From contig DIRA01000014.1 in assembly GCA_002427425.1 (NCBI GenBank), positions 57,115-121,114 of the forward strand: a stretch of DNA of 64,000 nt. Direction: 5' to 3'. The notes beneath the pieces were generated by a model. It had not been told where the DNA came from. It saw only the letters and a list, made by a program, of their open reading frames with translations, and did no database searches. The translations under genes were made by a program, and so were the position numbers. This DNA comes from Clostridiales bacterium UBA5448 (lineage in GTDB: Bacteria; Bacillota; Clostridia; Oscillospirales; SIG627). Shown piece by piece: positions 1-9,075 of the stretch. How positions within the stretch are numbered: position 1 is the first letter of the stretch; each line of letters begins with the position of its first letter.

Positions 1-424
1 CGTTGGCATCGGCTACGGGAGCATCGGCGCCAAACAGTTCGACGCCAAACTGGGAAAACTCCCGAAAACGTCCCGATTCGGGTTTTTCATACCGGAAACA
101 GGTGACAAAATACGACAATGCCAAAGGAAGGGCTCCGCCGGTCAATCCATTTTCAATGACACAGCGCACCACGCCGGCAGTACCTTCCGGCCGGAGGGTC
201 ATACTGCGGCGGTCGTTGTCCACGAAAGTATACATTTCTTTTTGCACCACGTCCGAGGTTTCCCCCACGCCTCTTTGATAGAGTTCGGATACCTCAAAGG
301 TAGGAATACGGACTTCGGAAAATCCATACAGGGAAGCGGTCTTTCTCAAAATAGCTTCCGTTTCCTGCCAGGCTTCGGATTCACCCGGCAATATGTCGGT
401 CGTACCGCGAGGTTTTTGCAGCAT
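1..424 (-). CDS. hisS: histidine--tRNA ligase, N-terminal part (3-prime end runs off the window start)
   Basis: Missing from the ORF track because it has no stop in the window. The reverse complement from the ATG at 424-422 reads MLQKPRGTTDILPGESEAWQETEAILRKTASLYGFSEVRIPTFEVSELYQRGVGETSDVVQKEMYTF..RSMTLRPEGTAGVVR, a typical HisRS N-terminus. Confidence 0.85.
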   Translation of the reverse strand, partial: MLQKPRGTTDILPGESEAWQETEAILRKTASLYGFSEVRIPTFEVSELYQRGVGETSDVVQKEMYTFVDNDRRSMTLRPEGTAGVVRCVIENGLTGGALPLALSYFVTCFRYEKPESGRFREFSQFGVELFGADAPVADAN

Positions 425-513
425 ATACAGTCCTTTCTTTCTCGAAAACGTGTTTTTTCGGAACCGCGCAAAACAATGCACATCATACTGTATCCGATAT
501 GGATACAAAGTGA

Positions 514-542
514 ATTATACCATATCTTATAGTTCAAAGCAA
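514..542 (-). promoter_or_regulatory. sigma-A type promoter for hisS
   Basis: Minus strand reads TTGCTT (542-537), 17 nt, TATAAT (519-514), preceded by TGG (extended -10). It lies about 90 nt upstream of the hisS ATG. Confidence 0.55.
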
Positions 543-583
543 ACAGTTTTTTGACAATTGGGTGAATTTTTTATTAAAACCAC

Positions 584-613
584 TTGACTTTTTTTAAAGA
601 CCTATTGTATAAT
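584..613 (+). promoter_or_regulatory. sigma-A type promoter for tRNA-Ser
   Basis: TTGACT (584-589), 18 nt, TATAAT (608-613). It lies about 40 nt upstream of the tRNA 5-prime end and is divergent from the hisS promoter. Confidence 0.55.
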
Positions 614-651
614 ACAAAAGCTGCCCTTCTATTGGGCAGCGATGCATACGT

Positions 652-743
652 GGAAAGATGGCTGAGCTGGTCGAAGGCGCACGACTGGAAATCGTGTGAA
701 CGCTAATACCGTTCCGGGAGTTCGAATCTCCCTCTTTCCGCCA
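652..743 (+). tRNA. tRNA-Ser, anticodon GGA, CCA encoded
   Basis: Cloverleaf folded by hand. Acceptor stem GGAAAGA/TCTTTCC; anticodon stem CACGA/TCGTG with loop CT-GGA-AA; long variable arm GAACG-CTAATAC-CGTTC; T arm GGGAG-TTCGAAT-CTCCC; discriminator G followed by CCA. Confidence 0.93.
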
Positions 744-750
744 TAGGTAA

Positions 751-785
751 AAAAACCCTTGATTCTTCAGGGGTTTTTGTTTTTT
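751..785 (+). terminator. rho-independent terminator after tRNA-Ser
   Basis: AAAAACCC..GGGTTTTT stem followed by TGTTTTTT. Confidence 0.6.
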
Positions 786-863
786 ACTTCATGTACACAC
801 GTTTTTTACACGAACTTGTTCAGGATGGAAATGGCTTGTTTTTTTCCCGGGGGAAATAGTATT

Positions 864-968
864 TTAAGTGAACGCAAGGTTAGAATGACCCGGCATGCGG
901 GCGATCTCCTGCGTGTCGATACCTTTACGGGCAAAAAGTGTTGTCAACGGCGTATTTACGCAGGTTTT
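864..968 (-). pseudogene. tyrosine recombinase (phage integrase family) C-terminal remnant
   Basis: The minus-strand frame reads KTCVNTPLTTLFARKGIDTQEIARMPGHSNLAFT*. The G-I-D-x8-G-H-S spacing equals the box II region (GVD...LGHS..TT) of integrases. The expected LR motif sits in the adjacent frame (LRKYAVDNTF), which implies a frameshift. Only 35 codons remain and there is no catalytic Tyr. Confidence 0.45.
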
Positions 969-1123
969 TTAACGAAGACAAGCAGGGTATTTAAATATAT
1001 TAAGGGTTCAATAGAAAATGTGAGCGGATATCAGATTTGGAAAAGAGATTGGCAAAACGAATAAGTTGCACCGATTTAAGCCCTCCTTACCCTTATCATG
1101 TTGACACTGCAAGGATTGGTTGT

Positions 1124-2182
1124 TTATTCCAAATAAAACCTTGCCAATTTCAAATCAATGGGGCCTCGAAAACGCCATTTTTCATTGTACGGCGATGTCC
1201 AATAGGTCACCAGGCATTCCCCGTCGGGCAAAAACAACACCGCCGGATTGGTGAAAGCTCGATTGGGATCCTCCTCCAAATTCCCTAATAGTTTAAAACA
1301 GTCTCCATCCCGGGTAACGGCGGCGGTCAAAGGGGAGCGTTTTCCGAAATGAGAGGCAAAACCTGGGTCATAAGGCGCGTGGTTCCATATTACAAGCAGT
1401 TGGTCACTGCCGGGAATGTTCACCAGATAAGGACAGGATTCCGGAGCCTCCAGACCGCTGGAAACAGGGGTTGTCCAGGTATTCCCATCATCAAAGGAGT
1501 AGCTTTTGTACACGGCGCCCAGTTGGGTACGCATTACCGCCAGAAGCCGCCCGTCGGATAATTCTCCCACAAAAGGTTCCATGCATCCCCGTTTATCTGC
1601 CCGCATACATCCCGATCCGAACATCCAGGTTTCCCCGTCGTCATCGGAAAACAAGCTTTGCTGGATAAAGTTTTCTTTTCTCCCTACACCGTCGGAAAGC
1701 CCCACGGGGATGAGAATCCGGTCGGAGGAAAGGCGGCGGGCACAGGAATTGGAAAAGGAATAGGAACCTCGTTCCCATACGTAGCGTACGGGAGAAAAGG
1801 TTTTTCCCTCATCTTCCGAAATTCTGATTCCGGCGGCAGTCACCCGGGGTTTCCCGGCAGCCAAATGGACATAGCGCATATAAAGGAATAAAATGCGCCC
1901 GTCTTTCAGGCGGATCAGGTTAGGGCTGTAGACATTGGTATCCCCCGGCTCCGGGGTAACCAGAACACGGGGTTCTTCCCAGGTATATCCTTTATCGCGG
2001 GACACAGAGGAAACCAGTGTAGAGGGGGAATAGTCGTTGGAACCGAAAGGGCTGTTCTCAAACCGCTGCCAGATCATCAGAATATCCCCGTTGTTCAGAT
2101 TGAGCATAGCCGCTTCGGAATGACGGGAATACATCCCTGTGGCTTTTGCCACCGTATGGGTTTGTAACTGTTTCATCGTCAT
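1124..2182 (-). CDS. BNR/Asp-box repeat protein, sialidase-fold (GH33-like) beta-propeller, no signal peptide
   Basis: 352-aa ORF with four Asp-boxes: SRDKGYTW, SEDEGKTF, SDDDGETW, SFDDGNTW. Confidence 0.65.
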   Translation of the reverse strand: MTMKQLQTHTVAKATGMYSRHSEAAMLNLNNGDILMIWQRFENSPFGSNDYSPSTLVSSVSRDKGYTWEEPRVLVTPEPGDTNVYSPNLIRLKDGRILFLYMRYVHLAAGKPRVTAAGIRISEDEGKTFSPVRYVWERGSYSFSNSCARRLSSDRILIPVGLSDGVGRKENFIQQSLFSDDDGETWMFGSGCMRADKRGCMEPFVGELSDGRLLAVMRTQLGAVYKSYSFDDGNTWTTPVSSGLEAPESCPYLVNIPGSDQLLVIWNHAPYDPGFASHFGKRSPLTAAVTRDGDCFKLLGNLEEDPNRAFTNPAVLFLPDGECLVTYWTSPYNEKWRFRGPIDLKLARFYLE

Positions 2183-2191
2183 ATGTTTTGA

Positions 2192-3889
2192 TTATTTCAC
2201 TTCCAGCCGGAAGTGAGAATCGAAGGTAGTTCCTTCCCCTGTGGCAGTAAGAACATGGGCAAACCCCATGCGGTTATCAGCGGCCACGGCAGGGGCAAAA
2301 CCCAACTCCCGAGACAAGGAAGAGGTGGCAAACAAGGTTTTATTGCCGCAATATTGTTTCCATTGCTTGTTGTCTTCCGCTATGTGCAAAGCCCGGTCCG
2401 ACAAATGAAAACGAGAAACCCAGCAGAGGCTTTCTTCCGCGTTGGCATGATCCGTAATTTCCATCCCTTGTTCGGTCAAGACAACGGTACGGGTCCAGAG
2501 GTAGGATTTTTTTCCAAAAACAGCGTTGCTTTCAATGACAACCCGTTTTTGATCGCCATCCAAACAGACGTCGGTAAAGGTACAGTCTTCTTTGTATTTT
2601 CTCAATGCTTTGATAGGAAATTCCCGGACATATAGACCGTTGTGGGCTTCGGGACCTTTTAAGTAGGTACGAAGTTTATTGGCATCGTAGCTGGGAGAAC
2701 CGCTGTCCACCAAAACAGGCGTATTCCCATAGAAGGCAATCACCTGGGGCCTTCCCATATGCATATGGGAGGCGGTATGGTCGGCACCGTCGATATACAC
2801 GGTATAGTTCCCTTGCCGTAACACGGCCATTTTGCTGTGGGGGAAGAAGCAGGATGACTTTTCATCGGGCAAGTTCAAGGGGAACAGCTTGGCAACCCGC
2901 CAAAGATCCGCGTGTGCATCCATGGCATAAGAATCGTTGAGCTGCAGGGAAGTTCCCCCGGGGGAGGACATTTGCCAGGCAAAGGCATACTGGGATTGGA
3001 TCGCTTTTTTTAACGGCAAATCGTCATCATAATCGTTTTCTTTCTTCAGAAGATAGGCTTCCAAATACATCCGGGCGATAAAATGGCTGTAACTGGGACA
3101 GCTTTCATCGTTGCCGCCGTCGGGGAAAATGGTTTTCACCCGATTCATTTCAATGGTATTTTTCCCCTGTACATGATACAAAGCGGCCTGTTTTGCATGA
3201 GGGAACAAAACACCGCAATACAAGAGAGCCAGCCCAACCTGCAGCACATGGTTTTGGGCATGGCCGGTTGCCAGGTGTTTTTCGGCTTCCCGGCACAAAT
3301 GATCCGCGTGGGTTATCAGCACATCATAAATGAACTGCCAGTCCGCGAGCGCAAAGGGATTGTGTTCGCCCAGAAAATAGATGCTGTAGCACAGCATGAG
3401 GGTGCGCCACGCCACCTGCATATCCCGCCAAACCAAATCGGTCTGCAGATAGCTGATATCTTCATACGGTTGGTAGGGGTGGGCATTCCACCAGTCTTTC
3501 AGATAGGAAAGCCACAAAGCGGCAAACTTTTTGTCCCCGGTTTTTCCGTAACGATGGGCAAGGGGAAGGAGAAAATACAACCGCTGGATCCAAACATGCT
3601 GTTCAAAGATGGGAGCGGAAGCAAAAAGAGGATGTTTATATACAGAATCCCAGTCAAATTCACCGTTCTGTGACCAGGGCTCAAACAATTTTCCCTGTTC
3701 CAAAAGGGTCATCAACCGGTCGGAATCTTGCGCGTTTAAGCGATCGTTGAGAAAGAAAAAAGCCCCGCCGTCAAACACCAGATATGGAAAGATAGAGTCC
3801 GAATACATGTCCTCTCTGGGATACGGAAAAGTTACAAGGGTTTGTTTGCCAAACACTTCTTGTTCAAAGGGTTTTATAAATAACTTCAT
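2192..3889 (-). CDS. heparinase II/III-like (polysaccharide lyase-like) protein, cytoplasmic
   Basis: Long ORF. I place the start at MKLFIKPFEQE (ATG at 3889), preceded by GAGGTG at 6 nt. The family call rests on overall resemblance (the HAQNHVLQVGLALLY region and a ~565-aa length). Confidence 0.5.
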   Translation of the reverse strand: MKLFIKPFEQEVFGKQTLVTFPYPREDMYSDSIFPYLVFDGGAFFFLNDRLNAQDSDRLMTLLEQGKLFEPWSQNGEFDWDSVYKHPLFASAPIFEQHVWIQRLYFLLPLAHRYGKTGDKKFAALWLSYLKDWWNAHPYQPYEDISYLQTDLVWRDMQVAWRTLMLCYSIYFLGEHNPFALADWQFIYDVLITHADHLCREAEKHLATGHAQNHVLQVGLALLYCGVLFPHAKQAALYHVQGKNTIEMNRVKTIFPDGGNDESCPSYSHFIARMYLEAYLLKKENDYDDDLPLKKAIQSQYAFAWQMSSPGGTSLQLNDSYAMDAHADLWRVAKLFPLNLPDEKSSCFFPHSKMAVLRQGNYTVYIDGADHTASHMHMGRPQVIAFYGNTPVLVDSGSPSYDANKLRTYLKGPEAHNGLYVREFPIKALRKYKEDCTFTDVCLDGDQKRVVIESNAVFGKKSYLWTRTVVLTEQGMEITDHANAEESLCWVSRFHLSDRALHIAEDNKQWKQYCGNKTLFATSSLSRELGFAPAVAADNRMGFAHVLTATGEGTTFDSHFRLEVK

Positions 3890-3969
3890 ACAAATCACCT
3901 CATGTTGCATTGTAACATTGATTTTTATGGGGGTCAACATCTTTTGTCATAAACCGGGCAAGAAAAGTC

Positions 3970-3998
3970 TTGCAAAGGGATCGGTCTTTTGTTAGACT
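3970..3998 (+). promoter_or_regulatory. candidate promoter for the 4023 TIM-barrel gene
   Basis: TTGCAA (3970-3975), 17 nt, TAGACT (3993-3998). The RBS AAGGGAGGG precedes the ATG at 4023. Confidence 0.4.
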
Positions 3999-4022
3999 AA
4001 ACACAGAAAGGGAGGGATATCA

Positions 4023-4769
4023 ATGGCAAAGATTTCCGTACAATTATACAGTGTAAAAGACTATACCGGAAAAGACATGGTGTCTGCGTTGGAGCAGATT
4101 GCCAAAGCGGGATACGAAGGAGTGGAATTTGCGGGATACGGCGGTCTTGGGGCAGAAGACATGAAACACCATTTAGACAGGGTAGGTCTGGTTGCTTCAG
4201 GTTCTCATGTGAGCATCCAATTGCTGAGGGAAGCGTTACAGGATGTGATTGCCTATAACAAAACGATTCAAAATCCCTATATCATTTGCCCCGGCGCCCC
4301 TGCTGTCGCCAGGGAAGAGTACGAGGCGCTCCATCGGGAGTTTTTAGCCATCGGGGAAAAAATCCACAAGGCGGGCATGAAATTCGGATACCACAACCAC
4401 CACAAAGAATTTGTTTCTTTTGATGGCAGGTATGGCATGGATATTCTGTTGGACGGCGGCAACCTGGTGTATGAAGTGGATACCTACTGGACCGAATATG
4501 CCGGAATCGACACCCTGGCGTATTTGAAGAAAATAGGCAAAAAATGTGAACTGGTCCATTTGAAGGATATGGTCGTGGATCAAAATAAAAACAAATCTTC
4601 CTGCACGTACGGAGAAGGCATTTTGAACAACCGCGGCATCATCGATACGGCGCTTGTCCATTGTGATCCAGCTTGGTTTGTCATCGAATGGGAAGCTTTC
4701 AACACCATGGACAGCATGGAAGCGGTGACGAAATCCTGCAAAAACCTAAAAGCGTTGCTGGGCAGATAA
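4023..4769 (+). CDS. sugar phosphate isomerase/epimerase (xylose isomerase-like TIM barrel)
   Basis: 248 aa. Contains YEGVEFAG, a GYHNH region and LVHLKDM, all typical of the AP-endonuclease-2/xylose-isomerase-like barrel family. Confidence 0.7.
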   Translation: MAKISVQLYSVKDYTGKDMVSALEQIAKAGYEGVEFAGYGGLGAEDMKHHLDRVGLVASGSHVSIQLLREALQDVIAYNKTIQNPYIICPGAPAVAREEYEALHREFLAIGEKIHKAGMKFGYHNHHKEFVSFDGRYGMDILLDGGNLVYEVDTYWTEYAGIDTLAYLKKIGKKCELVHLKDMVVDQNKNKSSCTYGEGILNNRGIIDTALVHCDPAWFVIEWEAFNTMDSMEAVTKSCKNLKALLGR

Positions 4770-4794
4770 TTCAAAAAACCATCAGACCAAGAAA

Positions 4795-4841
4795 AAGCGT
4801 GCAACGGTAAAACGCATCCTACGTTTTACCGTTGCACGCTT
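4795..4841. terminator. bidirectional terminator hairpin between convergent genes
   Basis: Perfect 20-bp stem AAGCGTGCAACGGTAAAACG / CGTTTTACCGTTGCACGCTT with a 7-nt loop. A T-run follows directly on the minus strand (TTTTCTTGG). On the plus strand the T-run lies 10 nt further on. Confidence 0.75.
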
Positions 4842-4868
4842 TGATGTGTATGCTTTTTTGAGTACGGG

Positions 4869-6902
4869 CTATCGGATTTCAATCACCTCGAACTCGTTTA
4901 AGGCATCCAACGTAAAGGACAATTTCTTTCCCTTTGTCTTCAAATTGGCGGGATTTCCGCCCCGGGTGGTTTTTAAAACGGGGTTTTTGATGTCCAAGGA
5001 CAAGGTGATTTTCAACCCATGCAGAGGAACGATGTCGGTAAAGGGGCGAGCCATGGCACCGGTTTTGTTGATGAGGTGAAGGACATACCGGCTATCGATT
5101 TTCCGCAGCACCGCTTCTACCAGACCGGGGCCTTCGAGGGATACCACGGGGCTGGAGGTAGCCGCAATAAAATTGCGAAGGATCTGGGGATAATCGGCGT
5201 TGGCATATGTCGTCATCATAAAATTGGCGAAATTGCCCGTGATGTAATAGGCGCATCCCTTGCCGAATGCGTTTTTGATCAGAGCAGGATAGGTTTTTTC
5301 AGGCAAAGACACATAACAGCCCGGTAAAGGCCAATAGGAAACAAAGAGGGCTTCGGCGCCTTCTGCCAATGTCCATTCCAAATTCAGTTTGGGGTTGGGA
5401 AGGAGGGGCGCGGTCAAACCTTTGGTCAATTCGCTGTCCCGGGTGGCTTTCATATATCCCACATCGGGGGAAGTCCGCAGCGCGGCTTTGCCGCAAACGC
5501 CCAGAACATGGGCAAGACGGGAAGCGGATAGCCCTTTGCCGTGTTCATCAAAGCATGCCGTATCGTAGGTTGCCAGCAAATGACCGCCGGCATTGACATA
5601 GCCTTCCAGTTTTTCAGACACCTCTTTGGACATACAGGATACGTTGGGCAGAATGATGGAGTCGTACTTTTTGATTTCCTCAAGGGTAACGGAGTATTCA
5701 TCGATGATGTCGAACTGGGTATGATTCCGTAAAAGCATATCCGCAAAAGAAAGCAATTCGCCGTAATGATCGCCTTTTTCTTTGGCTGTAACCACCTGTT
5801 GTTCGGTAAAGTCGGTGGCTTCGTAGCTTGCCCCGTAGTTATTGGCGGTATCTTGACTCCACATCAATGCCACGCGAGCGGTGGAGTGGGATTTTTGATA
5901 CAAGAATTTATGGGCAAGAACGAATTTGTTCATTTCTTTGGATGCTTTGGCACCATCGCTGTCCTTGAACATGGAAGGAGACCCGTGAATGCCATACCAC
6001 ACGTTGGCGCCGTTGGCGTAACTGGTGGCATAGGTCAATCTGGTTTCCGCGGCGGTGTGCATGTAATAGGCGGTACCCGACTGGTTGCCGGCAAAGAAAT
6101 TAACCACAGGTTTGCCTTTTCCGATGGTTTCAAGCAGTTTGGATTTCACGGTGACAGCCCAGATGGAATTCCCCGGCGCGGGACGATAAAATCCGCCTTC
6201 GGCGCCCAGCAGATCCACATACGGTTCCAATTTCCGGGTATTGCTACCCGTAATATCCCCGCGCAGGGCAGAATTGTTTAAATACAGCAGGATCTCTTTG
6301 CCCGAGGCGTCAATGACCTCCCGGGTTTCCTTGATATGTCCGGTGACGCTGTTGACCCGCATGTCCTGCAGTTCCAGACGGGTGGCCTGTTCAATGGGAT
6401 GGCCGTATTTTTCTAAAAAGTCTTTCTGACACGTTTCACAGTAACACCCAATGTTCCGCATCACAGGACCGTCTAAAAAAATGCCGTCAATTTCATGTTT
6501 TATCAATGCGCGGATGTTTTCCAGATACTGCTTGTGCCAGGGACCGCGGGGATTGACGCAGACCATGTTGCATACCCCGTACGCTTCCAAAGGAGAACCG
6601 TCTGCTTTTCGCTGGAGCCATTCCGGATGTTCTTTGGAAGGGGCCTCTTCCACGCAATGGGTGTTGTAGTAACATATCTGCCGCAAACCGTGTTCTCTGG
6701 AACGGGCCAGGTATTGATCCAGTTTTTCGCCGTGTCTTTCTTCGGAATACGTTGCAAAATGTCCTTTGGTAAACAAATGCAGACATTGCTCGGTGTTGAA
6801 CCCCTGTTTTGCAACATACTCGTCCAGAACCCAGAAAGCATCGTCGCCCAGGTTACATTGCACGGCACAGATTGTTAAAGGTTGATTTTCCCACCATTTC
6901 AT
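4869..6902 (-). CDS. putative glycoside hydrolase with GH42-type trimerisation-like middle domain, cytoplasmic
   Basis: 677-aa ORF with no signal peptide. The segment ILPNVSCMSKEVSEKLEGYVNAGGHLLATYDT resembles the beta-galactosidase (GH42) trimerisation domain. The catalytic family is not assignable by eye. Confidence 0.45.
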   Translation of the reverse strand: MKWWENQPLTICAVQCNLGDDAFWVLDEYVAKQGFNTEQCLHLFTKGHFATYSEERHGEKLDQYLARSREHGLRQICYYNTHCVEEAPSKEHPEWLQRKADGSPLEAYGVCNMVCVNPRGPWHKQYLENIRALIKHEIDGIFLDGPVMRNIGCYCETCQKDFLEKYGHPIEQATRLELQDMRVNSVTGHIKETREVIDASGKEILLYLNNSALRGDITGSNTRKLEPYVDLLGAEGGFYRPAPGNSIWAVTVKSKLLETIGKGKPVVNFFAGNQSGTAYYMHTAAETRLTYATSYANGANVWYGIHGSPSMFKDSDGAKASKEMNKFVLAHKFLYQKSHSTARVALMWSQDTANNYGASYEATDFTEQQVVTAKEKGDHYGELLSFADMLLRNHTQFDIIDEYSVTLEEIKKYDSIILPNVSCMSKEVSEKLEGYVNAGGHLLATYDTACFDEHGKGLSASRLAHVLGVCGKAALRTSPDVGYMKATRDSELTKGLTAPLLPNPKLNLEWTLAEGAEALFVSYWPLPGCYVSLPEKTYPALIKNAFGKGCAYYITGNFANFMMTTYANADYPQILRNFIAATSSPVVSLEGPGLVEAVLRKIDSRYVLHLINKTGAMARPFTDIVPLHGLKITLSLDIKNPVLKTTRGGNPANLKTKGKKLSFTLDALNEFEVIEIR

Positions 6903-6926
6903 ATATAAGTTTCCTTTCTTTATTAA

Positions 6927-6953
6927 ACAGCCCCCGCGGACCGCGGGGGCTGT
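6927..6953 (-). terminator. terminator hairpin after the binding-protein gene
   Basis: 13-bp GC-rich stem ACAGCCCCCGCGG / CCGCGGGGGCTGT with a 1-nt spacer, followed on the minus strand by TTTAATAAAG. It sits 20 nt upstream of the next gene's RBS. Confidence 0.65.
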
Positions 6954-6971
6954 GAATGATAAGGGTATGGT

Positions 6972-8687
6972 TTAGCCGCCAATGGCATCATTGACTTCTT
7001 CGTAGTTATCCAGGCTTGCGTTGTTAAAAATACGATTACCGAACACATCGGAAGCCAGATCGTCCAGACGGTCGGAAGCGAGGTAAGCATCATAGTTGAA
7101 ATATAAAGCGATAGCAGGGTTGTCCTGACAAAGGATTTTTTCGGCATCATGGAGTTTGGCGGCTCTGTCTTTACGTGTGGTAGCGGCAAAAACGGCATCT
7201 ATGGCGCGATCGTATGCATCGGATTGATAGCCGGTGATGTGGGGGGTGTAGAGTTCGCCGCGCACATCCACCACGCTGCCGCTATAATATTTGGCAAAGG
7301 GAGCCAGGAAGGAATAAGCAGAAGAAGACAATCCCTGGTAATCCAGCATCAGAACATCAAAGGTTCCGGCTAAAAGAGCGGCTTCGTACTCTTGGTTGGA
7401 CAAGCCTTCGGCTTTGACGGTAAATCCCAAAGCAGACCAGGCTTTCGTCACATAATCTGCAACGGCTTTATGGGATGCATTGGCGTTGCGATAGGTAATG
7501 GCAAAGGAGCCGGACTTGCCTTTCAGTGCGGATTTGGCGCCGGCGGCATCATAGGTATATAAAGTCCCCCCCACGGTGCGGAAAGAAGATTTTGAAGACA
7601 ATTTATCATCAAACACACCGTCGGATACAAACCCGGTGGCAGCTTTTGCACCCATGCCCACCAAGTCGGCAATGGCCTGTCGGTCAAGAGCGTTGCCCAA
7701 AGCGGTTCTGACAGCGGCATCGGCAAACAATGTGTTGCTGCAGTCAAAATACAGCGTGCCGGTGGAAAGGAGGGGTTGTGTCACCAACTCTTTCTGGTGG
7801 GCGGTATACGTTTCTTTGGTGAAAGAGCCGATATAGAAGAGTTCGCCGGATTCAAATTTAGCCATGGCATCTTTCGCGGAAAGGGAATAGTCAGTGATCA
7901 ATCTATGGGGGATGACATATTTGTCAAGATTGCTTTCGTCCACATCGCCGTGATAATAGGAATTGCGTTCCAGCCAGATCTCGGTGATGACACGATCGGG
8001 ATTCCGTTCCTTCACTTCTTCTTTTTCATCGCCTTTATAGGTCAAGCGTTTCAAAGAAAAAGCACCGTTGGTAGCAATGGCGGAGGAGGAAGAAGACCAC
8101 AGAGGAGACGCTTCTACGATGTCATCGCGCAAAGGACCCAGAGCGGGAGACGCCAAATTTTCCAACAACAGCGACAGTTCGATTTCTTTTTCCAGTACAA
8201 TCCGCAGCAAGGAATCTTCCACGGCGGTTACGCCCAGATCGGCAACGGTCAGTTCGCCGGATTTGATTTTTTTAGCATTTTTGATGTCATACAGCAACGC
8301 GGCGGCAGGGATGTTGCTTTCGGGAGCCAAAATGCGCTGCCAGGCGTAGACAAAATCATCGGCGACGACCGGTGTCTTGTCGTTCCAACGGGTTTTTTGC
8401 AATTCAAAATACACACAAAATTCATCTTCTTCTTTTTGCGTGTACCATTTTTTCGCCATGCCTTTATTGACAGAACCGTCTTTGGCGATGGTCACAAGAC
8501 CTTCATACAACAAACTGATATATTGGATGGTATCCTTATCGTACATCGTAGCAGCGGGATCCATATTAGACTGGACCGAGGCGAGGTACATAGGAATGAT
8601 GGCGCCTTTTCCATATAGGCCTCCGCAGGAAACCGTCATGGCAAGAACCATAACCAATACCAGTAATAATGCAACTTTTTTCTTCAT
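6972..8687 (-). CDS. ABC transporter substrate-binding lipoprotein, family 5 (peptide/oligosaccharide type)
   Basis: 571 aa. Lipoprotein signal MKKKVALLLVLVMVLAMTVSC-GG. The size and overall pattern fit SBP_bac_5. RBS GGAGGG lies upstream. Confidence 0.7.
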   Translation of the reverse strand: MKKKVALLLVLVMVLAMTVSCGGLYGKGAIIPMYLASVQSNMDPAATMYDKDTIQYISLLYEGLVTIAKDGSVNKGMAKKWYTQKEEDEFCVYFELQKTRWNDKTPVVADDFVYAWQRILAPESNIPAAALLYDIKNAKKIKSGELTVADLGVTAVEDSLLRIVLEKEIELSLLLENLASPALGPLRDDIVEASPLWSSSSSAIATNGAFSLKRLTYKGDEKEEVKERNPDRVITEIWLERNSYYHGDVDESNLDKYVIPHRLITDYSLSAKDAMAKFESGELFYIGSFTKETYTAHQKELVTQPLLSTGTLYFDCSNTLFADAAVRTALGNALDRQAIADLVGMGAKAATGFVSDGVFDDKLSSKSSFRTVGGTLYTYDAAGAKSALKGKSGSFAITYRNANASHKAVADYVTKAWSALGFTVKAEGLSNQEYEAALLAGTFDVLMLDYQGLSSSAYSFLAPFAKYYSGSVVDVRGELYTPHITGYQSDAYDRAIDAVFAATTRKDRAAKLHDAEKILCQDNPAIALYFNYDAYLASDRLDDLASDVFGNRIFNNASLDNYEEVNDAIGG

Positions 8688-8792
8688 AACTCTGGAGCCC
8701 TCCGTGTCATCACTTTTTATCGATTCGGGCGGGTTTCAACCCTTCCGAATAAGGTAGAAATTTAAAAGGGTAAATTTCGTCGGATACACTAT

Positions 8793-8821
8793 ATTATAGC
8801 ATGATGCAAGGTGAGAATCAA
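8793..8821 (-). promoter_or_regulatory. strong sigma-A promoter for the binding-protein gene
   Basis: Minus strand reads TTGATT (8821-8816), 17 nt, TGC-TATAAT (extended -10; TATAAT at 8798-8793). This leaves a leader of about 100 nt. Confidence 0.6.
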
Positions 8822-9024
8822 GCATCTTTTGGGTTTTTTGTTTGTAAAACTCAACAGATTTTTTCTACGCTTTTGCACGATTTTCACAACACAAAAACAG
8901 CCAAGCTTTCATCCCGCCCTTCTTATTTACAAATTTTGGCAGGGGGCACCCAACGGATCACCGACCTGAATGCACGCCCTGCCCCGGCGAATATAGGTGT
9001 TTCATTCCATAAGCAAGAGAACAT

Positions 9025-9053
9025 AAAAAAAGAGCACTGCAAATTTGCAGTAC
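9025..9053 (-). terminator. rho-independent terminator of the 739-aa surface protein gene
   Basis: On the minus strand a TACTGCA-AATT-TGCAGT hairpin is followed by GCTCTTTTTTT. Confidence 0.65.
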
Positions 9054-9075
9054 CCTTTTCATGTGCGATGTACAA

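Noticed and set aside
425-513. A T-box leader upstream of hisS, which is common for aminoacyl-tRNA synthetase genes in Firmicutes.
   Set aside because: With the promoter at 514-542 the leader is only about 90 nt. It contains one 6-bp hairpin (GTATCC/GGATAC), no AGGGTGGNACCGCG-type T-box sequence and no terminator/antiterminator pair. It is too short and lacks the conserved elements.
8935-8990. A GC-rich segment (GGCAGGG..31 nt..CCCTGCC) in the otherwise AT-rich spacer between the surface-protein terminator and the SBP promoter. I considered it as a riboswitch or sRNA.
   Set aside because: It has only a 7-bp outer stem with no convincing internal structure. It lies upstream of the SBP promoter rather than in its leader. 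It matches no riboswitch core that I can recognise. The evidence is insufficient.
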